Assembly: GCA_964514585.1 (NCBI GenBank)
Contig: CAZETU010000001.1
Coordinates: forward strand, 82,523-146,522
Origin: Candidatus Woesearchaeota archaeon
GTDB taxonomy: Archaea > Nanobdellota > Nanobdellia > Pacearchaeales > GW2011-AR1
Direction of reading: 5' to 3'
DNA: 64,000 bases
Shown here piece by piece: positions 30,315 through 39,898 of the stretch; within the stretch, counting starts at the first letter, position 1; every line of letters begins with the position of its first letter. Below the pieces are notes generated by a model. The model ran no database searches and had not been told where the DNA came from. It saw only the letters and a program-made list of their open reading frames with translations. Position numbers and translations under genes: made by a program.

Positions 30315-30770
30315 CTAGATACTTCCTTGCTCTTTCAAAAACTTATAAATCTCCAATCCCTCTTTCCCTCGAATCTCAATAACAAACTCTTTCTCGCCAG
30401 CCTCGCAAGAATCCAATTCCTCAAGCTCACGAGTCTCCTGATTAATCCCCCTAATCCTCTTAACATGACAAGTCGCCTCACAATAAACCGACTCATCCAA
30501 AATATCCTCAAAAGTTTCCCTCACAAAAACAGGCACACTCTCCATCTCAATCAAATTATTAGCATGCAGCAAATCCCTACACTCCTGCGTCGACTCACAC
30601 GGAATAAAAGCATCTTCACCCTCGCCAACACAAACTCTAATCGTCTTAAAAACATAAAAATTATAAAAATAAATCGCAGCACCGACGGCCAAAATTACCA
30701 AAACTAAAAGTACAATCCCAATAATCAACAACACGCCACCTTTTTTATTCATATAACCAAAAACAATCAA
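30315..30770 (-). CDS. Membrane-anchored Cys-containing hypothetical protein
   Basis: MNKKGG then a hydrophobic stretch (class III signal-like); six Cys. Confidence 0.7.
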   Translation of the reverse strand: MIVFGYMNKKGGVLLIIGIVLLVLVILAVGAAIYFYNFYVFKTIRVCVGEGEDAFIPCESTQECRDLLHANNLIEMESVPVFVRETFEDILDESVYCEATCHVKRIRGINQETRELEELDSCEAGEKEFVIEIRGKEGLEIYKFLKEQGSI

Positions 30771-30790
30771 GCCTTTTTAATTTTTACCTA

Positions 30791-31057
30791 TCATCTAAAA
30801 GAAATTCTCACATTCGCGTAAGGATTAACCCTTACATCTTCTCCGTTTCTCTTTGTAGTCTCATGCACTCCTCTCAAATAAGCCCTGCAATTTTTCTCCC
30901 AGTCCCTTCTCGGCAATCCTGAAACTATTGCCCCAAGACCATGCTCATATAATCTAACAGTCAAGTCTATTATATCTAACTCTTGACCCTTCACCCTTTT
31001 GCCTTTTCTCCATCTATGAATTCGAGTAACATAATTTTTTTTAGCCATCGAATACAC
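30791..31057 (-). CDS. Small basic hypothetical protein
   Basis: 88-aa ORF. Confidence 0.5.
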   Translation of the reverse strand: MYSMAKKNYVTRIHRWRKGKRVKGQELDIIDLTVRLYEHGLGAIVSGLPRRDWEKNCRAYLRGVHETTKRNGEDVRVNPYANVRISFR

Positions 31058-31170
31058 AAGTCAATTCTTTTTTTAAGTTAGTATATACTAGAACATATCT
31101 TTCCCACCACAACCATCTGTTATCACTCAAAATCAACTAATTTTATAAGCCACACCTCCCTCTAATTATT

Positions 31171-31704
31171 ATGGTCTGTAAAAAATGCGGCTACCAAGAA
31201 AAAAAAGAAGTAAAATTTTTCGGAAGTCCTCTTTGTAAAATCTGCGCAACGTTCGCCCCAGATAAAATTCAAGATTTTCAAAACTACATCTCAGAAAAAA
31301 TAGATTGGAAAACTCTAGACACATTCAGAAAATATGGCAAAACTTCAACAATAAAACAAAAATCAGGAATGACTAAAAAAGCAACCACGGGAGAAATCGT
31401 AACCCGTCCCCCATTAGGATACACCGTCCACGACGGAAAACTCATCCAAAACGAAGACGCCGCAAGAGTCCACTCCCTCTTCAAAACTTTTTTAGCAAGA
31501 AACTACTCACTGAATTCCCTATCCAAAAATTTCTCACTTTCTGTCAACGGTCTAAAAAAAGTCTTAACAAACAGAACATACCTAGGCGAAATAAAATTCG
31601 ACGGCCAAATCCACAAAGGTCACCACCAAGCCCTAATCTCTCCAGAAATATTCTACGCAACACAAAGAAAATTGAAAGATTATTTGAGACCAAGAAAAAA
31701 ATAA
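31171..31704 (+). CDS. Stand-alone serine-recombinase DNA-binding (Recombinase) domain with N-terminal CxxC...CxxC
   Basis: PPLGY, VLTNRTYLG and HQALISPEIF motifs; no catalytic resolvase domain. Confidence 0.8.
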   Translation: MVCKKCGYQEKKEVKFFGSPLCKICATFAPDKIQDFQNYISEKIDWKTLDTFRKYGKTSTIKQKSGMTKKATTGEIVTRPPLGYTVHDGKLIQNEDAARVHSLFKTFLARNYSLNSLSKNFSLSVNGLKKVLTNRTYLGEIKFDGQIHKGHHQALISPEIFYATQRKLKDYLRPRKK

Positions 31705-32106
31705 TTAACGGAAACTAGTCTGTCTCATTGCCCGAGCCTTAGAATCCCCAGGCTTACAAGCTTCCTTCCTTCGAGTATCAGCAATCAACAAATTCCTATC
31801 ATATGCCAAGAAAGCAGCCCTTAAATTATCATCCTTAGTAAACTTAACAATAGCTTTAGCAATCGCCAAACGACCAGCCTCAACCTGAGAAGCAATCCCG
31901 CCGCCCTTAACATTCAAAGCAATATCAAATTTCAACTCACCTAAAACATCCTTAGCAATAACCAACGGCTCACTAATTTCCAACTGCTGCAAATTCGACA
32001 AAAACGTCAACGGCTTCTTATTATAAGTCACAACTCCACTACCCTCAGCTATCGTAGCCTTAGCAACCGCACTCTTTCTCTTCCCCGAAACAACTAAGCG
32101 ATTCAT
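31705..32106 (-). CDS. rps9: 30S ribosomal protein uS9
   Basis: SGKRKSAVAKA, VKGGG...Q, ARAMRQTSFR. Confidence 0.97.
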   Translation of the reverse strand: MNRLVVSGKRKSAVAKATIAEGSGVVTYNKKPLTFLSNLQQLEISEPLVIAKDVLGELKFDIALNVKGGGIASQVEAGRLAIAKAIVKFTKDDNLRAAFLAYDRNLLIADTRRKEACKPGDSKARAMRQTSFR

Positions 32107-32516
32107 TTCAATATCCCCACGATTTCTTTAATTGTTGAATACTTCATCGGCTTTTGATGCTTAAAAGTTTTAACGCCCTTCAATTCATCTTCCTTCAATC
32201 CACCATTTCCAATATAACATTTCAATCTCTTAAACGCCTCACGTCCCTTAGCCCTGTCCCGAGGCAACATCCCCCGAATCATTCTCTTAACTAACCTATC
32301 AGCAACTCGAATATATTTAGGACCCTTCATCGAACCCCCACTACCCATTTCTCTCTTAGCCAAAACCTTTTTCGCGAACAACTTTTTATCCCCAGAAACA
32401 ATTATAGCCTCACAATTAACGACATCAACAGAATTTCCCTTCAATAAATCCTTCGCAACAACTGTAGCCATTCTTCCAAAAACCGCATCAGTACCGTCAT
32501 AAACTATCTTACTCAT
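32103..32516 (-). CDS. rpl13: 50S ribosomal protein uL13
   Basis: DGTDAVFGRMA, VKRMIRGMLP, KRLKCYIG. Confidence 0.97.
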   Translation of the reverse strand: MSKIVYDGTDAVFGRMATVVAKDLLKGNSVDVVNCEAIIVSGDKKLFAKKVLAKREMGSGGSMKGPKYIRVADRLVKRMIRGMLPRDRAKGREAFKRLKCYIGNGGLKEDELKGVKTFKHQKPMKYSTIKEIVGILK

Positions 32517-32770
32517 TTTGCTTTAACCTCACTTAACTTATTTATAACATCCAATAAGCTCGACTCTGAAAGAGGAGGATTAAGTGGAAGCCATCTCGCC
32601 CTACTACGGGTTTCTTCAGATTTATTTATTTCTTTACACCTTCTTGAATATCTTTCACCCTCTCTTTTATTATTATCACTAACTACAAAAAAATCTACTC
32701 TCCCATTCTCGCCATCATATACCATCATATCATACTTTCTTTCTCCAGCTGGCACATTATCTTCTCCCAT
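32513..32770 (-). CDS. Hypothetical protein inserted in the ribosomal operon
   Basis: 85 aa; start and stop overlap both neighbours. Confidence 0.6.
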   Translation of the reverse strand: MGEDNVPAGERKYDMMVYDGENGRVDFFVVSDNNKREGERYSRRCKEINKSEETRSRARWLPLNPPLSESSLLDVINKLSEVKAK

Positions 32771-33144
32771 TATCTCAAAATATCAAAGCCATTTAATTCG
32801 GGATTTTTCTTCATCTCTTCGTCAATTGTAACAAAGGTAGCCTTAGCATCCTTCATTTTTTCAAGAGCTCTTCCAGATGCCGACCAAGCAACGACCTTCT
32901 TCGCTCCACTTAATTCTCCAGCACTCAAAACTTTCCCAGCAACCAAAACATCCCCCTTAATCATATCAATATCCTTCAAATTAACAGCAGGCCATCGTCT
33001 CTTCGGACGAGCCAATTCCTTAGCAACAACCGGATTCGTCTTCTTCAACTTAATTATAGTCTCAACTAAAGAAGCATCCATTTTGTGCTTCATCCTTTTC
33101 TCTATTTTCGTTTTGTTTATCTTTATTTCCATTTTCTTTATCAT
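32770..33144 (-). CDS. rpl18e: 50S ribosomal protein eL18
   Basis: RPKRRWPAVNL, VLVAGKVLSAG, VVAWSAS..A.EK. Start at 33144 or 33132; the ORF-track extension runs over the tRNA-like region. Confidence 0.9.
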   Translation of the reverse strand: MIKKMEIKINKTKIEKRMKHKMDASLVETIIKLKKTNPVVAKELARPKRRWPAVNLKDIDMIKGDVLVAGKVLSAGELSGAKKVVAWSASGRALEKMKDAKATFVTIDEEMKKNPELNGFDILR

Positions 33145-33153
33145 TCCCAACTT

Positions 33154-33220
33154 ATGGGAAAAGAAGGACTCAGGGCCCCGTAAGCATAAGCTAATGCGCC
33201 ATTGGCGCGTCTGGTTTGAC
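33154..33220 (-). pseudogene. Degenerate copy of the neighbouring tRNA-Leu
   Basis: 25-bp exact match CCCCGTAAGCATAAGCTAATGCGCC (33176-33200 = 33321-33345); T-loop and anticodon loop are mutated. Confidence 0.8.
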
Positions 33221-33299
33221 TGAGTGATTCGCTCCGAACAAACCATTATTATGGTTTTGTTTGTGAGGTGCAAATTGCGAATAGCGTAGGTATTTCCGA

Positions 33300-33382
33300 T
33301 GGGGAAAGGAGGACTCGAACCCCCGTAAGCATAAGCTAATGCGCCCTTAACGCATCCCGTTTGACCACTCCGGCATTTCCCC
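33300..33382 (-). tRNA. tRNA-Leu, anticodon reads AAG
   Basis: Acceptor GGGGAAA/TTTCCCC plus A; anticodon arm ATGCG-TTAAGGG-CGCAT; long variable arm; TTCGAGT T-loop. Confidence 0.88.
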
Positions 33383-33436
33383 AGTAAGTCAGACCAAACA
33401 TTATCAATTCCTGATTAAGTCAGGAACCATCAGCAA

Positions 33437-34144
33437 TTACTTAATTGCCTTAGAGACTTCAGAAAGATTTCCTTTCAAAGCCTTACAAGCCTCGGTAAAA
33501 ATATCCTTAGCTTCAATTTGCCCCCACGACTCTACCGTAAGAACCAAATTATTATCAAAATCAACACTGATTCCAGGATACTCTTCCATATCTTCCTGAT
33601 CCATATCAAAAGCAGTCGCATCCTTAATTTTCAGTTTCTCCCCAAACATTTCAAAAGCTTCAGGATGAAGTTCAGCTAATTCACTATGCTTCTCACCGTC
33701 GGCAGAAATTTTAATCTTAGGCAAATGCTTATAAAAAATAATTCCAGGAGCAAACTTAGCATGATCATTTCCTTTCCCAACTCTAGCTCTAGCAACCAAC
33801 TCCAGCTCCTGTCCTTCTTCCAATAAAACAATCGGCATCTCAGGATAAACAACATCGTCCCCAAGCTCTCCAGAAAGAACCTCAGTCCGCTCAGCTTTCC
33901 CCTTACTCTTCAATTTCATCTCAACAGTTTGATCAGCTTTCAATTTTTGATTCTTCAAAGGAATAAGTCCAAGTCGATGTGCGATAACTTCATCATAAAG
34001 TGCCGAATCATTCTTGTAAATATCAGCCTCGTCAATAGCCATAATTTGGATCTCACCAACACTTCTTCTAATCGCATTAGCCAAACTAATATTCATATCA
34101 CTTACAATCGTGATCTTCTCCGAGTTTTTTTCAGTTGCTTCCAT
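33437..34144 (-). CDS. rpoD: DNA-directed RNA polymerase subunit D (Rpo3)
   Basis: LANAIRR, NDSALYDEVIAHRLGLIPL, GKGNDHAKF. Confidence 0.95.
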   Translation of the reverse strand: MEATEKNSEKITIVSDMNISLANAIRRSVGEIQIMAIDEADIYKNDSALYDEVIAHRLGLIPLKNQKLKADQTVEMKLKSKGKAERTEVLSGELGDDVVYPEMPIVLLEEGQELELVARARVGKGNDHAKFAPGIIFYKHLPKIKISADGEKHSELAELHPEAFEMFGEKLKIKDATAFDMDQEDMEEYPGISVDFDNNLVLTVESWGQIEAKDIFTEACKALKGNLSEVSKAIK

Positions 34145-34174
34145 TTTACTTTATTTGATTTTTACTTTATAAGC

Positions 34175-34561
34175 TTATACTCTTCGACCCCTTCGGCCGC
34201 CAGCTTTCTTCGGCCCGCCTCGTGGAAGAGAAGTTGTCTCAGCCATACTCAAAATCTTAAATCCTTCTTTAGTTAAAGTTCGAACAATCGCGTGTGCCCC
34301 AGGTCCAATCCCAGTCGCCCCAGTCTGACCTTTCATTCGAACGTAAAGCGTATTAATTCTATAATCCCGACACATATCCTGAACCTTCTTCGCAATAAAC
34401 ATAGCAATCGTAGGGTTCGCCCTCATTCGATCATGCTTCGTAATCTGCCCACCAGAAGTTCGACCAATAGTATTCCCAGCCAAGTCAGTCACCGTAGCTA
34501 TAGTATTATTAAAACTAGCATAAATATTCAAAATCCCAACATTCTCCTCGCTCTTCGCCAT
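34175..34561 (-). CDS. rps11: 30S ribosomal protein uS11
   Basis: IYASFNNT, GPGA, GGRRGRRV. Confidence 0.97.
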   Translation of the reverse strand: MAKSEENVGILNIYASFNNTIATVTDLAGNTIGRTSGGQITKHDRMRANPTIAMFIAKKVQDMCRDYRINTLYVRMKGQTGATGIGPGAHAIVRTLTKEGFKILSMAETTSLPRGGPKKAGGRRGRRV

Positions 34562-35109
34562 TATTCCTTAGCCTCCTTAGTTTCTTCTTTAGCTTCCTCA
34601 ACATTCTCTTCAGCAGGCGCTTCCTCAACAACAGGCTCCGGCTTAACCTTAACCTTTCGCTCCTTCAAAGTAATCTTATCTTCCAAATCTCGAGTCACCA
34701 AAAACGAAGGAGTATTCACAACATTCCCATCAACCAAAACATTCTTATGAACAATCAATTGCCTAGCCTGCTTAACAGTATTCGCCAACTTCTTCTTAAA
34801 AACAATCGTCTGCAATCTTCTCTCAAACAAACTTTCCTCAGTCAAAGCCAAAGCATCGGCAGTAGTTGTAACAGGAACCCCCATTTTATTCAACTTATTA
34901 AAAAAATTCTGCTGTTCTTCCATCTCAGAACCAATTAACTTCTTAGCTCTTCTTCGAAGTTTTGAAACAGCCGTCTTCGCTTTCCAAATTTCCCTCTTAT
35001 TTTTCAAGCCATATCGCTTAATCAAAACATTTTCCTCATCCATTCTTGTTCTGTCATAAAGCTTCTTAGGCCGACTAAATAATTTTCTTTTTCTTTTTAT
35101 GTCTCCCAT
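34561..35109 (-). CDS. rps4: 30S ribosomal protein uS4
   Basis: YGLKNKREIW, FERRLQTIV, ARQLIVH. Confidence 0.97.
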   Translation of the reverse strand: MGDIKRKRKLFSRPKKLYDRTRMDEENVLIKRYGLKNKREIWKAKTAVSKLRRRAKKLIGSEMEEQQNFFNKLNKMGVPVTTTADALALTEESLFERRLQTIVFKKKLANTVKQARQLIVHKNVLVDGNVVNTPSFLVTRDLEDKITLKERKVKVKPEPVVEEAPAEENVEEAKEETKEAKE

Positions 35110-35582
35110 TATTTCTTCTTACCTCCAGTAACTCCAGATTTCTTTCGATTCTTCCTAAAATTTGCCTTTGTTCTTTGGCCTCGAGTAGGCAATCCAGCCG
35201 CATGTCGAGCTCCCCTGTAAGACTTTATTTTTCTAAGCCTCTTAACATCAAACTCAGTTCTTAATCTCAAATCAGCCCCACTAACGTGCTTATCGTCCCC
35301 TTCCTCAAAGTCCTTCTGTCTATTCTTCAAAAACCCAGGGATCTGAGGGTCTTTAATGAACTCTTCAATCTTAGCCATATCTTCTTTACTAACATCCTGA
35401 AGCCTCTGCCTCTTATCAAGATCTAAAATTTTACAAATAGCGTTAGAAAAACTCCAAGAAATTCCCTTAATATTTGTCAAAGCCGCAAACAACTTCTTAT
35501 CTCCACGAATATCTTTCCCGAGCACTCTAACAAGAGTAACATCGTCGTGCTCTTTCGCTTGGTGTTTCTTTTCTTCTGCCAT
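35109..35582 (-). CDS. rps13: 30S ribosomal protein uS13
   Basis: IKGISWSF, SYRGARHAAGLPTRGQRT. Confidence 0.97.
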   Translation of the reverse strand: MAEEKKHQAKEHDDVTLVRVLGKDIRGDKKLFAALTNIKGISWSFSNAICKILDLDKRQRLQDVSKEDMAKIEEFIKDPQIPGFLKNRQKDFEEGDDKHVSGADLRLRTEFDVKRLRKIKSYRGARHAAGLPTRGQRTKANFRKNRKKSGVTGGKKK

Positions 35583-35583
35583 T

Positions 35584-36120
35584 TTATGATATAAACAGAT
35601 TATGTCTCTGTATCTCTGTCAACTCTTCAATAATTCGTTTCCCGATAACCTTTGCAGGATCAGGCATATTGTGAACCCTATCTTTAATGTCCGCAAAAGA
35701 TTCAAAATCTTTTTCTTCTCGAGCCTCGAGAATGGACTTAGTATGTTTTCTACCAAAACCAGGGAGTAATTCAAATTGATGAAGTCGAGTATTTATAGCT
35801 TGTGCTTCATTAAAGAATTTCACAAATCTTGCTTCGTCTTCGTGAACTGATTTTTCAACGAATTCCTCTAACTGAATTTTAGCAGTTTCAGTTAGTAGTT
35901 CTCTCGGACATCTTCCGAGAATGTACTGAACCTTATCTCTCTTGCCTTCTCCAATATAAGCTTCCTCACCGACTTCAAATCTTTCTCCACGTCGAGGAAC
36001 TAACTGCAAAAGAGTAAATCCACTAGTACCAACAGCTTGAGCTATCGGCATCATTTTTTTCTCCAACGGATAACCGTATGGTAGGAAATCTAATATAATT
36101 GCTTTTTCTTCTTTGGCCAT
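35584..36120 (-). CDS. DUF655 domain protein (putative nucleic-acid binding)
   Basis: ILDFLPYG, AQAVG...FTLL, RLHQFELLPGFG; usual position after rpoF. Confidence 0.9.
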   Translation of the reverse strand: MAKEEKAIILDFLPYGYPLEKKMMPIAQAVGTSGFTLLQLVPRRGERFEVGEEAYIGEGKRDKVQYILGRCPRELLTETAKIQLEEFVEKSVHEDEARFVKFFNEAQAINTRLHQFELLPGFGRKHTKSILEAREEKDFESFADIKDRVHNMPDPAKVIGKRIIEELTEIQRHNLFIS

Positions 36121-36122
36121 AG

Positions 36123-36425
36123 CTAATATTTCTTAACGACATCGAGTATCTTGTTCACTTCTTCCTGGTCCAATGGGACATCGATAAGAACTTTGTTTAA
36201 TTCTGAAGCATCAGTCGGCATAAAATCAATAATCTTCACAATATGCATATCTTTTAACTTAATCAAATCAAGCGCCGTTAACTCTTCCTTCATTTCAATC
36301 GCTTTTTCTGCAGGCATCTTGTTAAAATCTTTAATAAATTTCTTAATCGCAACAGCCTTATCAGAATCTCCAGCTAGAGCGACGACCTCTGCCATTGTGA
36401 TTGGTTTTTCTTCTTTGATTGCCAT
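36123..36425 (-). CDS. rpoF: RNA polymerase subunit F (Rpo4)
   Basis: PITMAEV, KIIDFMP...EL, ILDVVKKY; synteny with rpl21e and DUF655. Confidence 0.85.
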   Translation of the reverse strand: MAIKEEKPITMAEVVALAGDSDKAVAIKKFIKDFNKMPAEKAIEMKEELTALDLIKLKDMHIVKIIDFMPTDASELNKVLIDVPLDQEEVNKILDVVKKY

Positions 36426-36673
36426 TATAACTTCTTTAAATGAATTGGGTGAATTATAAACGTTTTCGTTTTATTCCCATCTTTAATTTCAACTACTTTA
36501 AACCGACCCCGACCCTGAACAACCTTTCCGGACATTCCAATAATTCTTTTGGGAAACGCTGCCCTAACCCCAAGCTCCGAAACAACAGCAACACTAGCCC
36601 CGTCCTCAATATTCTTAAAGTACTGACTAAGTTTCAACTTTCCACGGTCTCTGATTTTTTTACCTTTAGCCAT
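36425..36673 (-). CDS. rpl21e: 50S ribosomal protein eL21
   Basis: G.SG.V...RG, IKDGNKTKTFIIHPIHL. Confidence 0.92.
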   Translation of the reverse strand: MAKGKKIRDRGKLKLSQYFKNIEDGASVAVVSELGVRAAFPKRIIGMSGKVVQGRGRFKVVEIKDGNKTKTFIIHPIHLKKL

Positions 36674-36775
36674 TTTATATTATTTTTGTAACTGACAGAA
36701 CTCTATCGCGCTGTCACCAACTCGGACAGTATGACTATCCTGTAAAACCAAGAAAAAGTCCATTTAAAAATGTTT

Positions 36776-37171
36776 TCACTGCGAAATCAAATTCTCAGCA
36801 TCATATTCTTGAGCCGGAATCACAAAATTATTATCATTTGGCATTTCCTTCTCAACATTGGGCACGCCCCTCATCTCCAAATCCTCAGGAGTCACCCCTT
36901 CAGTCTTCATTCCAACATCAGCCAACGGCTCTTCCACGGACACATTTCCCGTATCAATCTCAATCACATCAACACTCTTCGCCTCGCCAACTCGCCCAAG
37001 ATTCAAATTTCCCTTATCTCTTTCATTCTCCATACCCTCAACAATCGCCTTAGCCATTTTCTCTCCCCAAACTTGATACATACATCGCTGGCACATATCA
37101 ACCACAGAATTATCACCAACTCCAACAGAACAATAAATGCACTTTTTCACCATCTTTACACTTTCTAACAT
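36776..37171 (-). CDS. Hypothetical Zn-finger protein (CIYC...CQRC) with acidic tail
   Basis: Two CxxC pairs. Confidence 0.7.
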   Translation of the reverse strand: MLESVKMVKKCIYCSVGVGDNSVVDMCQRCMYQVWGEKMAKAIVEGMENERDKGNLNLGRVGEAKSVDVIEIDTGNVSVEEPLADVGMKTEGVTPEDLEMRGVPNVEKEMPNDNNFVIPAQEYDAENLISQ

Positions 37172-37256
37172 TTTCCCTTTTTAAGTTTTTATGAGATTTT
37201 TGACAAAGTTATCCCATTTCGGAAATGTTTAAAAACGAAAGTCACCATATTCTACT

Positions 37257-38090
37257 ATGAAAAAAAGGTTGTTGGTATTAATGTTCCTCATGTCTTTAAC
37301 GATAGTTAGCGCTAGATGTGATCTTAATATTACGATGTTAAACCAAGACCCATATCCAGCAGTTCCAGGCGATTACGTAAAACTAGTTTTCCAAATTGAA
37401 GGAGTCGACGACGTAGATTGCGACGACATAACATTTGAATTACTATCAGATTATCCTCTAGAATTTGATCCAGGAGCATCAGGGTTAAGAACATTTAGAA
37501 AAGTAGATTATCTAAAGGATTTCGAATCCAATTTATTAATTCCCTACGAAGTAAGAATAAACAAAGACGCTCTAGATGGTGACACCCCAATTGAAGTGAG
37601 AGCACAAAGTAGACACGACGCTCCAGTTTCAAAAACATTTAATTTAAATGTCGACGACGTTCGAGCAGATTTCGAAATCTATGTAAAAGATTACAGCTAC
37701 ACAACAAACGAATTAACATTAGAAATTTTAAACATCGAATCATCCGACGTTGAGGCACTTTCGATAGAAATCCCAAAACAAGAGAGCATTCAAGTTAAAG
37801 GAGCAAATAGATTGGTTGTTGGAGACCTAGATTCAAACGAATACACTTCTGCAGATTTTGAAGTATCTTTGTCCGACGGAGAATTCCAAATAAATCTAAT
37901 TTACTCAGATACAATAAACAATAGAAGACTAATAGAAAAAACAGTAAACTTTGATTCATCATATTTCACAAACAGAAAAGCAGATCAAAAAACAACTGGC
38001 AACAGTACTTACATATTCTGGGGAGTCATTATTGTTTTAATTGGCTGGTGGGTCATTAAAAAATTCCGAAAAAAGAAAAAGAAAAAATAA
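37257..38090 (+). CDS. COG1361-type S-layer-domain protein
   Basis: Signal peptide, NQDPYPAVPGDYVKL, C-terminal TM plus poly-K; divergent from the ABC exporter operon. Confidence 0.85.
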   Translation: MKKRLLVLMFLMSLTIVSARCDLNITMLNQDPYPAVPGDYVKLVFQIEGVDDVDCDDITFELLSDYPLEFDPGASGLRTFRKVDYLKDFESNLLIPYEVRINKDALDGDTPIEVRAQSRHDAPVSKTFNLNVDDVRADFEIYVKDYSYTTNELTLEILNIESSDVEALSIEIPKQESIQVKGANRLVVGDLDSNEYTSADFEVSLSDGEFQINLIYSDTINNRRLIEKTVNFDSSYFTNRKADQKTTGNSTYIFWGVIIVLIGWWVIKKFRKKKKKK

Positions 38091-38092
38091 TT

Positions 38093-38677
38093 CTAGTTCA
38101 AATGTTCAGTACAATTAATTAAACGAATCTTTCGTTTATTGTTTTCTCCAATCTCAAAAACACTTATCGCCGCATTATCTTGACTAAATTTTACCTTACT
38201 TCCGGGAGAATCATATAAAACAAAACGCAACAAAGCCTTATTAATTACCCCATGTGCCACAAACAAGACAGTTTCTTCAGAATGCTTTTTACACACTGTC
38301 TCTAATATTTTTTTAGCACGTTTATACAAACTCTCCTTAGATTCATAATCTTCAGGAAGATTGCTCCAATCAATATCAGAATATTTTTTGCCTTCGGTCT
38401 CACCTAAATCACACTCTCGAAGTTCATCAACATAATTAACCAAAATCCCAGGATAATGTTTGACTATCTCATCGACAGTCTCCCTCGCTCTAACAAAAGG
38501 ACTGGAATAAATAACATTAATATTTTCTTCCTTCAGTTGCAATCCAAGTTTCTTTGCCTGAATAATTCCCTCTCTTGACAACTTGCCTTCGCGACCTTCC
38601 ATTGTTTCAGCCTCATTCCCCTCGCTCTTAGCATGTCGAACTAAAATTAATTTCATACAAGAGAAAGTAGTCCACAA
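38093..38677 (-). CDS. Histidine phosphatase family protein
   Basis: LVRHA, YSSPFVRARET, VAHG. Confidence 0.92.
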   Translation of the reverse strand: MWTTFSCMKLILVRHAKSEGNEAETMEGREGKLSREGIIQAKKLGLQLKEENINVIYSSPFVRARETVDEIVKHYPGILVNYVDELRECDLGETEGKKYSDIDWSNLPEDYESKESLYKRAKKILETVCKKHSEETVLFVAHGVINKALLRFVLYDSPGSKVKFSQDNAAISVFEIGENNKRKIRLINCTEHLN

Positions 38678-38686
38678 TTGATAAAC

Positions 38687-39898
38687 TTATTCATACCTTA
38701 AAGCATCAACAGCATTAATCTTACTAGCTCTCCACGCAGGAAGCATACCCGAAATCGCCCCAGTCAATGTAGCAAATACAACCAATCCTGCAAATAAAAC
38801 CCAAGAATAATGAGGAGTAAGAAATCCATATCCAAGATTATCCAAAATTTCCGCACCAATATCCGTAGCAAGCCATCCAATCAAAACTCCAATTACCCCA
38901 GCCACAAATCCAAGGAACCCAGACTCAAATAAAAATATTTTAAAAATCTCAGCATTCCGAGCACCAATAGACTTCAAAACCCCAATCTCCTTAAATCTCT
39001 CAAGCACCGACGTAATCATCGTATTAGCAGTATTAACCGCCGACACAATAACCGAAATAAAAGCAATCAAAATAATAAAACCAATAATAATATCCAAAAC
39101 AACAGTAAACGATTCCAGCAAATCAGCATAAGACTGAACACTAAAATCCTCCTTACCTTCATCTAATCCCCGATGTTGCCGCAACTTTTTCTCGACCCTC
39201 TCAGCAACTTCATTAACATTATTTTTATCAGCCCTCGCAATAATCATTCCATAAGAAAGATCTTTTTCAGGATAAAGTTCAATCATGAAATCGTTTGTAA
39301 CATAGATATTAGCATCATCTTGTGGATTCCCAACGGACTCATAAAATCCAACAATCCTCAAATCCTGTCCCTGAATATTAATCTTGCTATTAAGAGAATA
39401 AGCCTTGGGGAAAATCTTATTCTTAATCATATAATTGTAACCCAAAGTAACCTTCCCAGAGTCTCCTAATCGAAGCTTCCTCCCCTCAATAATATCAACA
39501 TTAGAAAGTTCCATAATCAGAGGAATCTTAGGGTCATAACCTATAACAAAAGCATACTTCTTAGAATCATCCTGAATAATTTCTCCAGCTCCCATATACG
39601 ACCCCGTCACCTCGTAAATCCCAGGCGTTCTCCCAATCACATCTATATCATCATCCAAAAGTTTAAACGTTGTATCAAGACCAGGCACGCCACTCCCCTT
39701 AGGTTGAATCAATAACTTATCTGCCGATGACGAAGAAGTAAACTCATCAATATATTCATAAAGCCCCCAGCCAAAACTAACAAAAATAAAAATCGTAGCA
39801 ATCCCCACAAAAATCGACAAAATCGTAAGAACACTCCTTGCCTTACTTTGCTTAATATTATTCAGCGAATATTTGACACTCTCTTTACTGATTACCAT
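38687..39898 (-). CDS. MacB/FtsX-type ABC permease
   Basis: SVLERFKEIGVLKSIGA, PAWRASKINAVDALRYE. Confidence 0.93.
   Translation of the reverse strand: MVISKESVKYSLNNIKQSKARSVLTILSIFVGIATIFIFVSFGWGLYEYIDEFTSSSSADKLLIQPKGSGVPGLDTTFKLLDDDIDVIGRTPGIYEVTGSYMGAGEIIQDDSKKYAFVIGYDPKIPLIMELSNVDIIEGRKLRLGDSGKVTLGYNYMIKNKIFPKAYSLNSKINIQGQDLRIVGFYESVGNPQDDANIYVTNDFMIELYPEKDLSYGMIIARADKNNVNEVAERVEKKLRQHRGLDEGKEDFSVQSYADLLESFTVVLDIIIGFIILIAFISVIVSAVNTANTMITSVLERFKEIGVLKSIGARNAEIFKIFLFESGFLGFVAGVIGVLIGWLATDIGAEILDNLGYGFLTPHYSWVLFAGLVVFATLTGAISGMLPAWRASKINAVDALRYE

Noticed and set aside
33145-33273. N-terminal extension of eL18 in the ORF track
   Set aside because: It is translation of the degenerate tRNA copy; homology starts near MIKKMEIK.
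36690-36770. Short hairpins upstream of rpl21e (possible SRP RNA or leader)
   Set aside because: No SRP helix-8 motif and too short; cannot be supported.
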